Source: Coniocarpon cinnabarinum
Taxonomy: Eukaryota
Direction: 5' to 3'
Length of the DNA: 64,000 nt
Assembly (NCBI GenBank): GCA_051942205.1
Contig: JAVECO010000113.1
Location: 1 to 64,000, forward strand
Shown here: in pieces, positions 1 to 10,817 of the stretch
How positions within the stretch are numbered: the stretch's first letter is position 1
Layout of the letters: the number at the start of each line of letters is the position of its first letter
Position numbers and translations under genes: made by a program
Notes under the pieces: model-generated
The model's input: only the letters and a program-made list of their open reading frames with translations
Told to the model about the DNA's origin: nothing
Database searches by the model: none

Positions 1-191
1 ACGTCCTCAGCAACACGTCCTCAGCAACACGTCCTCAGCAACACGTCCTCAGCAACACGTCCTCAGCAACACGTCCTCAGCAACACGTCCTCAGCAACAC
101 GTCCTCAGCAACACGTCCTCAGCAACACGTCCTCAGAACCCGTCCTCAGGACACGTCCTTAGACACCTCCTCTGGAACACCTTGCCTGGAC
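1..191. repeat. 14-bp minisatellite (ACGTCCTCAGCAAC)n, truncated by the window start
   Basis: Nine perfect copies at 1-126, then progressively degenerate copies (acgtcctcagaacc, cgtcctcaggac, acgtccttagac, acctcctctggaac, accttgcctggac). Confidence 0.95.
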
Positions 192-1372
192 ACCTCATGC
201 GATGCGTCCTGCGATTCGTCCCGGCGATCGGTACCGGCGATCGATACCGGCAACTTGTTAAGATTCGTTCATTGTTCGTCTAGAGACTCGACCGGAAGGC
301 TCGTCCAGGGATTTTAGGCCGGGTGACTCGACTGCGTGACTCGACTGGACGACTTGACAAAGATGACATAACTAAGACACCTCCACGAGTGACCCAAGGA
401 AGCCCCCTGATTCATGATCCCCATTCTTTATTGCGGTTCCAGTAGCGTACGGCTTCTTCATTATGATCTGGCGGTTTCCCTCGATCAATTGTCTTCTCTG
501 TTGCCGCAGTCTTGATTTGTGATTAATGAGGTCGTCTTTCTCCCCTCCCGCACTTCATGAGCGCTCCACCAGTGCTTCACTTCACGAGCGCTCCAACTCC
601 TGCACTTCAAGACCGCTGCTCGAGTTCTCTACGAGTGCTTCACGAGTGCTCCACGAGTGCTTCATGGGATGGGCTTCCTAGGTACTTCACGGATGCCTCT
701 TCGACGCTTCACAGATAGATACTTTTCGATAGATACTTTTCAAACCATGGAAAAATCCACGCGTCACTGCCATTGGAACCCATCTCTTCTCTCATTCTTC
801 TGGGCTTCTCACTCTTCTGGGCTTCCTTTCTCCTGCCGAACAACTCGTGTACCTGTTTTATGACTTCTTTGCGTTTCTGGTAGACGGGGTGTTGGGAAAG
901 AAGGTCTAAATCTGGTGGTGGCAGTGATTAGTTGTGCTGCTTTTGCAGCTATACTGCATTTTAGCGTCTGGATCATCCTGGCTTTGTGGGCTCTAAACAG
1001 AGTAGCTTTGAACAGAGGATGGTCTTGTAGGATTTCGAGTCGGAATGAGTGCGTTTTATCAGTGATGTAGAGAGGAGGTTCAATCAATGTGCATCGCAAA
1101 GACGCAAGCTTGTTATTCGCTGAATAAACCCACCAGTGGCGCAAGTTAAGAAGCAATACAAGCGACGATACGATGAAGACAATGTCAATCAAGACAGTAA
1201 AAAATCGACGGAATAAACAAGTCTGATTCAAGCTCACTAAACAACACGTCTGAGTTCAGTTCGACACCACCACCGTCGATTCAATGCGAAAAGTGAAAAA
1301 GGTCCACGATTCAAACTATGTACTATTCAACCTCACTTCACACTCCATCCCCCACTTCACACGTCACATCAC

Positions 1373-4174
1373 TCAGTTGTAGGCACTGGGAGCCGCACCG
1401 TAACCGGCCGGGGCAGTGTAGCCCGGAGCGGAGGTCGGAGCCTGCGGCTGGTGGTCCGAGATCTGGCTCACCGGGGTGACAGAGCTGGACGCAGCAGGGG
1501 CGCTGGCGTTGGGAGCCGAGGAGACCGGCGCGGAGGCAGTGGCACTGGTGGCTGGGGCCGAGGCGGGCGCCGAGGGTGCGTAGCTGGAGGGCGCCGAGGG
1601 TGCGTAGCTGGAGGGCGCCGTCACGGAGCTGGAGGCACCGGGAGCCGAGGCGCTAGGAGTGTACGCGGGCTTGGAGACGGAAGTCTGGAAGCTGGGCGTG
1701 GGCGTCGACGCATAGCTGTAGGTGGCCGGGGCGGAACCAGCGGGGGCAGAGCCAGAAGGCGCGGCGGTGCCAGTGGGTTGAGCGGTGCCGGGCGCGGAAC
1801 CAGTTGGGTAGTAGGGGCTTGAGGCACCTGGTGCGTGGACGGTGTTGGTGGCTAGGGTGATGTTAGCTTGAGCATTCAGAGTAAGCAGTGGAAATGACAA
1901 CATACCAGTCACAGTGATGTGGCTTGTCTGGGTGACAGTCTGTGTCTGAGGAGCCTGAGTGACGGTCACAGTCACGGGAGCCGGGCAAGACTCGCCAGGG
2001 GCAGAGGAGCCACCAGCAGGGGCCGAAGCGCCAGGAGCAGAGGCAGCACCAGTGGGCGCGGAAGCAGCAGGAGCACTCTGAGCAGGCTTGTAGGCAGATG
2101 GCTGGGAGCCAGCACCAGGGGAAGTAGGACCGAAGCCGAACGCAGAGGGCTGGCTGAGGCTGGAGCCAGCGCCGGGAGCTGAAGCAGCGGGTGCTGAGCC
2201 GTAAGCCGAAGGAGCAGATTGGGCTGGGGCAGAAGCACCAGGAGCTGAAGCAGCAGGTGCAGAGCCGTAAGCCGAAGGAGCAGACTGAGCAGGGGCAGAG
2301 GCACCAGGAGCAGATGGGGCGCTGGAGCCGTATGAGGCCGGAGCGGAGTTGGCCGGTGCACTGCTAGCTGGGGCGCTGTTGGCAGGAGCACTCTGCTTGA
2401 CGGGAGTCGGAGCTGGGACCACAGTCACAACGGCGGTGCGGGTCGAAGTGGAGGAGTAGGTGGTCGTCTGGGTGTTGGATGAGCTGCCGTAGGTGGCTGG
2501 AGCAGAGGATGCCGGAGCGGATGAAGCTGGGGCAGACGAAGCTGGAGCCGAGGAAGCCGGTGCAGACGATGCGGGAGCTGAAGAAGCCGGTGCGGATGAC
2601 GCAGGAGCTGAGGACGCAGGAGCCGAGTTGACTGGCGCAGAGCTGGCCGAGGTCGGGACCGTCTGAGTGATGTACGAGGTACGGTGGATGGTGCTCGTCT
2701 TGAGGATGGTGCTGGTGCCAGACATCGAGGTCTCGGTGGTCAGCTCAGCAGAGGTTGACACTGGAACAGTGGTGAGGGAAGCCGAGGAGACTGGAGCCGA
2801 GGAGACAGGCGCAGAAGAGACTGGAGCCGAGGAAACTGGAGCAGACGAGCTTGGCGCAGAGACCGACGAGGAAGACAGAGGAGCACTGACGGGAACCGAC
2901 GTGTTGCTGTATGGAACAGACGTCTGGTAAGTTGGCTGGTAAGGCGCAGACGTAGCTGGAGCACTGGTGGCCGGAGCGGAAGTCTGAGGCACGCTGGTAG
3001 CTGGGCCAGATGGCGACTCAGGGCAGACAGTGGTGCTGACTGGGTAAGACGTCGTGATGGTGCTCGCCGGGCAGTTGGTGATCGTCGGGGCGCACGAGGT
3101 GATGGTGATCTCCGTAGTGCTGTAGATGGTCGAAGTCGTCATACGAGTGGAGGTAGACGAGCTGCTAATCGGGGCAGACTGCACAGGCGTCGAGGGAGAC
3201 GGTGTGTTGACCGGAGCCGAGCTGGCTGAGGTCGTCACACTGGAGCTTGTCGCAGGAGCGGAGCTTCCTGGAGTTGACGGGGTGTACGTAGGAACGTACG
3301 GAGCCGAGGAAGAGGAAGTTGTCACGCTGGAGCTCGTGCCTGGAGCAGTCGGGGTCGACGGGGTGTTGGTTGGAGGCACGTACGGGGTCAGGCTCGTAGC
3401 TGGGGAGCTCGATGCCGGAGCAGAAGAGCTGGGCGCGCTCAAAGACGAAGACGATCCTGGCGCCGATGGAGTTGAAGAGTAAGGCGTAGGCACCGCCGTA
3501 CTGCTCGTAGTAGCTGGCGCGGAAGAGCTGGACGTAGTCACGGAAGACGACGTCGCAGGAGCAGACGGAGTTGGCGCCGAGTAGGGCGTTGGGGTTGTCT
3601 GGCTCGCTGGAGTGGTCGTGCCCGGAGCAGACGAGCTGGGCTGCGAAACAGATGAGCTGGTCGCCGGAGCAGAAGAGCTCGGGGCAGAGGAGCTCGGCTG
3701 AGAAGCAGTGGAGCTGGTCGCCGGAGCGCTTGGAGTGTTAGAGGGGGTAGGAACCGAGTAAGTGGTGGGTTGGGAGTACGGCTTTGGCACCGAGCTCGAC
3801 TCTCCGGGAGCTGATGGGGTCAAAGAGGACGAAGAGTACGGTGCTGGCTGGTACGGGGCGGGTGGTGCTGGTGCAGAGGCACCAGGAGCTGACGGAGCCG
3901 CGCCGTATGGAGCTGGTGGCGCCGGAGCAGAGGCACCAGGAGCGTTCGGTGAGCCACCGTATGGAGCTGGGGCAGGAGCACCATAGCTGCCCGGGGCGTT
4001 TCCATGCTCAGCGGGGACAGATGGGTGGTCGTGCTCCTTGCCAGGAGCAGCGCCATATCCACCATTGTTGGCGGGAGCCTCGCCGTAACTCGCTGGCGCA
4101 GAGCCATAATCACCATTGGCGTAAACGGTCGTGGCTACCAGGGCCACAAAGGCAGCCGTGAACTTCATTTGCAT
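1373..4174 (-). CDS. Secreted Ser/Pro/Ala/Thr-rich cell-wall/mucin-like glycoprotein with internal repeats and a PIR-like motif
   Basis: N-terminal signal peptide (MKFTAAFVALVATTVYA), ASSAP/VSSAP repeats, a Cys motif (TEITITSCAPTITNCP) and C-terminal VSQISDHQPQA. A 54-nt in-frame intron lies at 1852-1905 (GTATGT...GCTAAC...TAG). Confidence 0.9.
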   Translation of the reverse strand: MQMKFTAAFVALVATTVYANGDYGSAPASYGEAPANNGGYGAAPGKEHDHPSVPAEHGNAPGSYGAPAPAPYGGSPNAPGASAPAPPAPYGAAPSAPGASAPAPPAPYQPAPYSSSSLTPSAPGESSSVPKPYSQPTTYSVPTPSNTPSAPATSSTASQPSSSAPSSSAPATSSSVSQPSSSAPGTTTPASQTTPTPYSAPTPSAPATSSSVTTSSSSAPATTSSTAVPTPYSSTPSAPGSSSSLSAPSSSAPASSSPATSLTPYVPPTNTPSTPTAPGTSSSVTTSSSSAPYVPTYTPSTPGSSAPATSSSVTTSASSAPVNTPSPSTPVQSAPISSSSTSTRMTTSTIYSTTEITITSCAPTITNCPASTITTSYPVSTTVCPESPSGPATSVPQTSAPATSAPATSAPYQPTYQTSVPYSNTSVPVSAPLSSSSVSAPSSSAPVSSAPVSSAPVSSAPVSSASLTTVPVSTSAELTTETSMSGTSTILKTSTIHRTSYITQTVPTSASSAPVNSAPASSAPASSAPASSAPASSAPASSAPASSAPASSAPASSAPATYGSSSNTQTTTYSSTSTRTAVVTVVPAPTPVKQSAPANSAPASSAPANSAPASYGSSAPSAPGASAPAQSAPSAYGSAPAASAPGASAPAQSAPSAYGSAPAASAPGAGSSLSQPSAFGFGPTSPGAGSQPSAYKPAQSAPAASAPTGAASAPGASAPAGGSSAPGESCPAPVTVTVTQAPQTQTVTQTSHITVTGMLSFPLLTLNAQANITLATNTVHAPGASSPYYPTGSAPGTAQPTGTAAPSGSAPAGSAPATYSYASTPTPSFQTSVSKPAYTPSASAPGASSSVTAPSSYAPSAPSSYAPSAPASAPATSATASAPVSSAPNASAPAASSSVTPVSQISDHQPQAPTSAPGYTAPAGYGAAPSAYN

Positions 4175-6267
4175 CTTGAAAGACGTTTCTCGATCGTGTT
4201 GTTTTCGTAGGAGTTGTTGGAAAGGGCAAAAATTACGAACTGAAGCGTGGTGTGGTTATAAGTTTCGTGAGGAAGAGGGAACAAACTTGGAGAGTGTGAA
4301 GTAACACGCAAGTTTGTTGGGACGTCAAGTGGAAGGTGGTTGCTATGTGCTACGAGGAGCAGTAAACGTAGTAGTGGGTAAATAGGCGGTTGCTTGCGCT
4401 GACTGCGTGCTGAAAGAAAGACTGGTGGTGAATGCTGATAGCGAATGGACGTGCCCAAAGAACGACACTGGCGGAGAAGAGAGGAAGGTAGGTAGGGAAG
4501 AAGAACCTGCAAAGAGGGAACAGGCGCTGTAGATAAGCGGATGTGTTTGTAGGTGAAGGAGAGAAGGAAGAAGGAGGCAGAAGAGGTACCCGGGGACGAG
4601 GGCCTTGAAGTTGTTTGGGGGGATTTTCCTCCTGAATGGGCTCGGCGAGCTAGCGGCGGGACTAGCAGTGCACTACTGCACCTGACTGCACGCTAGCATG
4701 GCGGTCTGAAACAGGACGGTCAGGGGAGAAGGCCAATGAGAGGCCACGCCACCCCGGGCCACGCGCCTGAATCTGCTCCTCATCTGCGCAGCTGTAGGCG
4801 ACACCCTCGCCGATGAAGGGGCTCCGCTATCCACGATCCTCCCCGGTCCATGAGGCACATTGGCATGCAATTCTCATCTTCTCCGACCCACCGTCGACGC
4901 CCCGCGGCGTGAATCGTGCTTAGTCTCTCATTGTACGAGATGACCTCGACCAGGTACTCCCGCTTCAAGCAGTCCGCTTTCTGCCTCTGCCTCTGATTGC
5001 CGGCGCCGCATCTGCCTCCTGCTTCTCGGCTGGCGAGTGCCGGTCACGTTTCTCTCACGGCGCGAGGGGTGCTGCGCCTCGCCATGGCCAAGGTTGGACT
5101 AACGTTTGTGAAATGAAAGATGATCAGCATCAGCATTCTGTCAGGAACGAGCTACGCCATTCCATCGGCACCCCAGGGCTAGCTGCTTCTGCGCGCTTAC
5201 CGATCACTGGACAGACGCGCTGGCTGGCCCCTTGGCAAATCAGCGCTGGCAGCGCCCATTTGGGCCATCTGGTGGACGAGCGCGACCGCCGGGCAATACT
5301 GGGCAATTCTCGCGGCAACAGAGTGGTCCCACACGTTTTCTACCGGGCTCATCGTGCCACACTCCAGCTCCTGCAAGCATCCGTGTATTGTATGATGTTT
5401 TTTTTTTTTGCCTGTCCTGACGTAGGGCAGACGCGTGACTCGACCGCATTGGGATGGCATACGCCCTGACCGCTGATTGGGCGGGCGGGGGAGCCGCTGT
5501 GCTCGCTGGAGATTCCGTGCTGAGCGGTGCACGGAGCTTCTGTGCCGAATCCACGGTCCATGACTTTTTCTTCATTTAACGTTCCTTCCCGACGTTTCCC
5601 TGAGCAGCTCGTCATTACGGAGAGCCGCTTGTCAGTGCCCCCTCACCTTAATTTCCTCCGTGGGATGCCGACCATTTCGAGCGGCGTGGGTGTCGCGCTG
5701 TTGACGTCTGACATGTGTCATCCATGTCGACGATCGACTGCGAGACTGCGCTCTCCTTGCAAGCTGTCAAAGGACTGCTCGGCGTAGCATTCATTTTGAT
5801 TCGCGGCGTAGCATTGATTTTGACCCGCGGCGTATTCATTGTTGCAGTGTGGGCCTTTGTCTGCCGCTTTACGGGCCGTCGACATCCTCCACACGTGCTG
5901 GTGTTGGTAGGTATTATTGTCTGCCGCTCATACGATCATTCTTGGCCCCTGACTTTCATGTACTATACGAATCTGCATTCTCACTTGATCAGATACAACC
6001 GCAATGATATCCAGATTTTAAAGCGAGCCTTCTTCTCCAATTCAATTATGATAAGTTGAGGTTGAGGCGTAGATTGCGATTTCCCGGAGTGGCTTGATGC
6101 ACATTCCTCTGCTATCACTACGGCAGCACGAGCCACCACGTTGAATCTTGCACGCAGCAGTGGGAGGTCAATCAGGAGGCAAATTTGGCAGCAAGTGCAG
6201 TTATAGAGGCCGTCGACCAGCTAGAACATCTGCCACAGGGGTTGTTTGAGTGAGGTTTCATATTGAT

Positions 6268-6445
6268 GTGGGCTTCTGGCTTTTTATACGAACCCTTGGA
6301 AGAGTATACAGCTCCTGATTTACTCTTCCAAGTTGATGAAGACTGTTGGACCTCGAAATTTCACGATCTGATGATATCTGGTGCATTTGCCATTTCAATT
6401 CTGGTAGATTTTGATACATTCTCGGATTCTCGACTTCTAGAGGTT
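6268..6445 (-). repeat. Inverted, degenerate copy of the 143-bp repeat family
   Basis: Minus strand 6402-6385 AGAATTGAAATGGCAAAT matches 9321-9338 AGAATTGAAGTGGCAAAT at 17/18. It is followed in the same order by GAAGAGTA and AAAGCCAGAA, as in the 9130-9630 array. Confidence 0.75.
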
Positions 6446-6521
6446 CTTCGCGAAGGATTGTTATATACGTTTCTTCTTTGCCTTCGTGAGGATATCGCTC
6501 CAAGTGACTGGCACGGCCCGC

Positions 6522-7367
6522 TCAAGGACTCATTCTCATCCCTCCATTTGCACACACCACGCTGCCCGTGCAGAATGAAGCCTCCTGTGAACACAGCATG
6601 CCCACCACGCCCGCGATCTCCTCCGGACTCGCCGGCCGTCCTCCCTTGGGCCCAAACCTCCTCACGGCCTCTGCACCGTCCCTCTCCTCGGTGACCTGGC
6701 TCAACGGCGTATTCGAAAGCCATGCCGCATTGATCTTCTCGAACCAGGCCGGCACGCCTCCGTACATGTCCGTCTCCACCGGCCCGGGGTTCACGGCGTT
6801 GACGGTCCCACAGTCGGCCAGCTCGCGCGCCCACGTCCGTGTCATGGCTTCGAGCGCGGCCTTGGAGCCGCCGTAGATGGACTGGCCTGGATAGCCCAGC
6901 GACGCAGACACGGAGGAGACGTTGACAATCCGCGCCGAGCGATCGCGGGGTAGATGCGGGATCAGGCTCTGCATGATCAGCAGCGGGCCTCTTACATTGA
7001 TGTCGTACTGCCGGCCAAAGTTTTCTGCCGTCGTGTCCGCCACAGACTGATTCTTGGAAATGCCCGCGTTGTTCACCACGAGGCTGATGATCGGGTTCTC
7101 GCCGAATTCGGCCTTGACGGCCTTGACGAGCTGGATGCCAGCGTCGGGGCTGCCCACGTCGACCTGAACAGGCACAGTCGATACGTTGTAGTCTTTGCGC
7201 AGCTCTGTGGCGAGATCTGCGACTTTCTGCCGGGAAGAAGGCGACGTGTAATTCGCAATGATGGTGGCGCCTTTGGAGGCGAGGTTGCGGGCGATGGCGG
7301 CCCCGATGCCGCGGGAGGCGCCGGTGATTAGGGCGAGCTTATGCAGATGCGGAAGCGACTGTGACAT
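6522..7367 (-). CDS. Short-chain dehydrogenase/reductase (FabG-like), intronless
   Basis: TGASRGIG Rossmann motif, NNAG, catalytic YGGSK and VNPGPVET. ATG chosen at MSQSLPH (7367). Confidence 0.92.
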   Translation of the reverse strand: MSQSLPHLHKLALITGASRGIGAAIARNLASKGATIIANYTSPSSRQKVADLATELRKDYNVSTVPVQVDVGSPDAGIQLVKAVKAEFGENPIISLVVNNAGISKNQSVADTTAENFGRQYDINVRGPLLIMQSLIPHLPRDRSARIVNVSSVSASLGYPGQSIYGGSKAALEAMTRTWARELADCGTVNAVNPGPVETDMYGGVPAWFEKINAAWLSNTPLSQVTEERDGAEAVRRFGPKGGRPASPEEIAGVVGMLCSQEASFCTGSVVCANGGMRMSP

Positions 7368-7884
7368 TGCGGGCAGACTTTTTGGAACTGCAACGATTGA
7401 ATAAGAATATGGCCTGTTGGTGAATTTGGGCAATGGCTGGACATCTGCGCTTTTAGGGCGTGTCTGAACCACGTGGAGGGCTAGCGTCGAACCTAGGTCT
7501 GTGTTCCAGGGCGCGTATCCTCGAAAAAATGCATCTCTTAAGCCAGAAACCTCGAAAAGTCCTGAAAACCAACTGATTCACAGTGGCGAGGACGCTGGCG
7601 TAGACACAGAATCATGTGTCCCTCTCTTTGCATCTATCGCCGGCTGACACGCTGCCTGCACGCTCTGGCCAGTACTTGATGCGACAACGCGCCAATCGCA
7701 TCGTCTTGACGCTTTCTTAGTGGGTCGGTTAAGTGGCCTTTCTCCCGAGTACTCTGCGTCTCGATGACGTACCGCACCGTTGGTGGGCGCGTACTATTTG
7801 ACTCCAAGCTCGCAATTTTTGGTGATCCAGCTTCTGGAACTACTGTCGCAAAGTCAGCGAAGAAACAGCAGTAAAAATCGCAAC

Positions 7885-9094
7885 ATGTCTCTCCCGACTC
7901 GACAATTAGGCCGCGGCGGCCCTCAAGTGACCGGATTGGGGATCGGTCTGATGGGTCTTAGTGGATTCTATGGCAAGGTCAAGTCCGATGACCAGCGCCT
8001 TGCCTTTTTGGATGCCTGCTATGAAGCTGGCGAGCGCAACTGGGGTGTGTGATGCCATACAGTCAATCATACAGGGATAAATTCTCTTGCTAACACTACT
8101 TGAAGACTCGGCAGATATGTACATGGACAACGAAGAACTGATAGGGCAATGGTGGGTTGGCCATGCATCATGCCGTCTTTGAGTGAGCAGAATAGTACTG
8201 ACAAGCGGCGTGAAGGTTCAAGAAGAATCCTGAAAAGCGGAACAATGTATTCCTGGCCACAAAGTAATTCGTTCTTCAACCTCGGTATTTGTGCACATCT
8301 AGCGACTGACAACCAACCCCAGATTCGCAAACCAAACTCTTCCAGATGGGACCAAACAACACAATAGCACACCCGAGTACTGCCATGAAGCCATCGAGCG
8401 GAGTCTGAAGCGTCTGGGCCTGCCATCCGTGGATCTCTACTACTGCCACCGCGTCGACGGCAAGACACCCATCGAGAAGACGGTGGAGGCCATGGTGCAG
8501 AAGAAGAACGAGGGCAAATTTAAGTACCTCGGTCTCTCAGAGTGCTCTGCCGACACGCTGCGCCGAGCACACAAGGTGCATCCCATCTCGGCCGTGCAGA
8601 TCGAGTACTCGCCCTTCTCCCTCGACATTGAGAACCCGCAAATCGACGTCTTACGGACGGCCCGAGAGCTGGGTATCGCAGTCGTTGCTTACTCTCCTGT
8701 TGGCCGCGGCATGGTCACCGGCACCATCAAAAGCCGCGCTGACATCCCCGAAGGCGACTTCAGACTCATGGCTCCGCGCTTCAGCGAAGAGAACTTCGCC
8801 AACAACCTGAAGCTGGTGGAGAAGATCCATGCCCTCGCTCAGAAGAAGGGCGTCACGCCCTCACAACTGACCTTGGCCTGGCTGCTGGCACAGGGCGACG
8901 ATGTCATTCCCATCCCCGGGACCACGCAGATCGACCGGCTGCACGAGAATCTCAACGCGCTCAAAATCAAGCTGACGAAAGAGGAAGAGCGTGAAATCCG
9001 ACAAGCGTGTGAGAATGCGGAAATCAAGGGCGAGCGGTATCCAAATACTGCGGGTCTCTTTGGAAGCACGCCACCCTTGACCGCCAGTGCATAG
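7885..9094 (+). CDS. Aldo-keto reductase (YakC/AKR13-like), 3 introns near the 5' end
   Basis: Spliced translation gives MSLPTRQLG..GLGIGLMGLS..WDSADMY..FLATKF..SLKRLGLPSVDLYYCHRVD..GLSECS..VQIEYSPF..IPIPGT, which carries the AKR catalytic D/Y/K/H motifs. Confidence 0.93.
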
Positions 9095-9129
9095 GTTCAA
9101 CAGTAGTCTAGGAGCCAATATATCTTGCA

Positions 9130-9630
9130 AAAATGTGTATCAGAAGCCAGAATGCCCAAGAAGTCTTGGAGAATACCAGAAATAGAATGGCAAATATGCT
9201 GTCGCTGAGAACTGCAATTTTGAAGTCCGACAGATTTTGTTAAGAGTATTTCCTGGTCCTTGTATTTGTCAAAAAAACCGTATCAGAAGTCAAAAGCCAG
9301 AACAAGCAGCAAAACACAGTAGAATTGAAGTGGCAAATGTGCTATTATCGAAAACCCAAAATTTGAAGTCCGAGATTTTTTGTGAAGAGTAATTTCAGAG
9401 CTTTTTATTGCTTTAAAAGCTAATACTCAAAGCCAGAACTCCGAGAAAGCTGGAAAAGACAGTAGGATTAAAGTGACAAATGCGCTATCGTCAAAATCTC
9501 AAATTTTGAAGTCCGAGATTTCTTGGAAAGAGTAGTTTTTGGGTTACTTTTCTGCCAAAAAGTTCATATCAAAAGCCAAAAACGCGAAAGACTTGCAAAA
9601 AACAGTGGAATTAAAGTGGCAAACGGGCTG
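9130..9630 (+). repeat. Degenerate AT-rich tandem array, 143-bp period, about 3.5 units
   Basis: TGAAGTCCGA starts at 9221, 9364 and 9507. TG(G/A)CAAA starts at 9188, 9331, 9474 and 9617. Both series have exactly 143-bp spacing. Confidence 0.9.
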
Positions 9631-9726
9631 GAGCAATCTGGCTTTGTTCATTTCAACTATTTCATGCAAAAAACCGCCAAAAACGCAACAAACGCGAAAC
9701 CACAAGGCTAACCACCAGCCAGACCC

Positions 9727-10817
9727 TCATTCAGGAGGCGTCACCGTCACCTCAGGGACATCACTCCCTCCGCTTCCCTCTCCAGGGCCTGAATTGTCCT
9801 GGCCCCCCTCATTGGTGAGGAGGGGCCGCTGCTGAGCGAGAGCGGGATGTTGCGCAGCAATGTCGACACTGTCGACATCGGAATAAACGCGAGGTTGTCG
9901 CACCTGCGACTCGTACCTCGAAATGATGAACCGCTCCCGCAGCGAAAGCTGGGTCGTCTTCCGCAGAGCGTCATCCCGTTCTCGCAGGGCGGCGCAATCC
10001 AGCCCGTGCGGATGTTCATGGAAGCGACACATGCCCCGCGGGGCGAAGAACTCCTCGTCCTCGGTGACGCGCCGATGGAGCCACTTCTGCGTGATGGACG
10101 CCACCTCGAACCAGAACTGGATGCCCAGGACTTGGCGATCCAGGTTGTTGACCTGGCTTAGGTCTTGTGTCTGTGCGAACATGTGGACGACCCACGTGCG
10201 AGCCCCACTCTCCAGCGGCGCTCTGAGATAAAGCTCTTTTGCGAGGATGACGCCGGCGAATCCGCTGAATTTCGCATTGCAGATGTGCAGGTGGTTGAGT
10301 ATGTCGAGGGCAGCGTTCTGCAGAGCCGGCATGACGAAGCGGTCTCCAAACAACCAGATGTTGACGAGGATATAGTCCAGTTTCACCATTGCTGCCTCAT
10401 TGACCGGCTCGGGTATTTCAATGTTGAATTTCCCGTCCTGGATTGAGCAAAATTAGCGTCTGACTACATACATTCACACAGAGATATACTCACATAAAGC
10501 CAAAATTGCACTTGGTCAAAGATGTCAATGGACTCCTTGTCCAGTTCAACGTGTTGAGCGTCGCCTTTGAGCGCCTGACTTTTCAATCTCTCTTCAAGAC
10601 CTTCCGAGTAATGGCAAAGTAATGCGGTGTGGATTTGGTAGATCTTTTGGCGTGGCTCTTCACCGACGACCACTTCGGTGACACCACCTTGCATTAAACT
10701 TCAAACCAATGTGTCAGTACTGCATTATTCTGGTGAATATCATAAAAATGATACTGACACAGACGGAGGCGACGCCTCTTTCTTGCGGTAGAACCTCAGA
10801 GCAGGCAAATTCTCCAT
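9727..10817 (-). CDS. BTB/POZ-domain protein, 2 introns
   Basis: Spliced translation: MENLPALRFY..VTEVVVGEEPRQKIYQIHTALLCHYS..FDQVQFWLY|DGKF..LVNIWLFGDRFVMPALQNAALD, typical of fungal BTB proteins. Confidence 0.85.

Noticed and set aside
1..126. CRISPR-like or telomeric array
   Set aside because: Head-to-tail repeats with no spacers in a eukaryotic context, and the unit lacks a TTAGGG-like G-rich core.
6295..6332. Perfect 12-bp hairpin CTTGGAAGAGTA/TACTCTTCCAAG as a separate terminator or MITE
   Set aside because: It lies within the inverted repeat copy already reported, and is too short to support an independent element.
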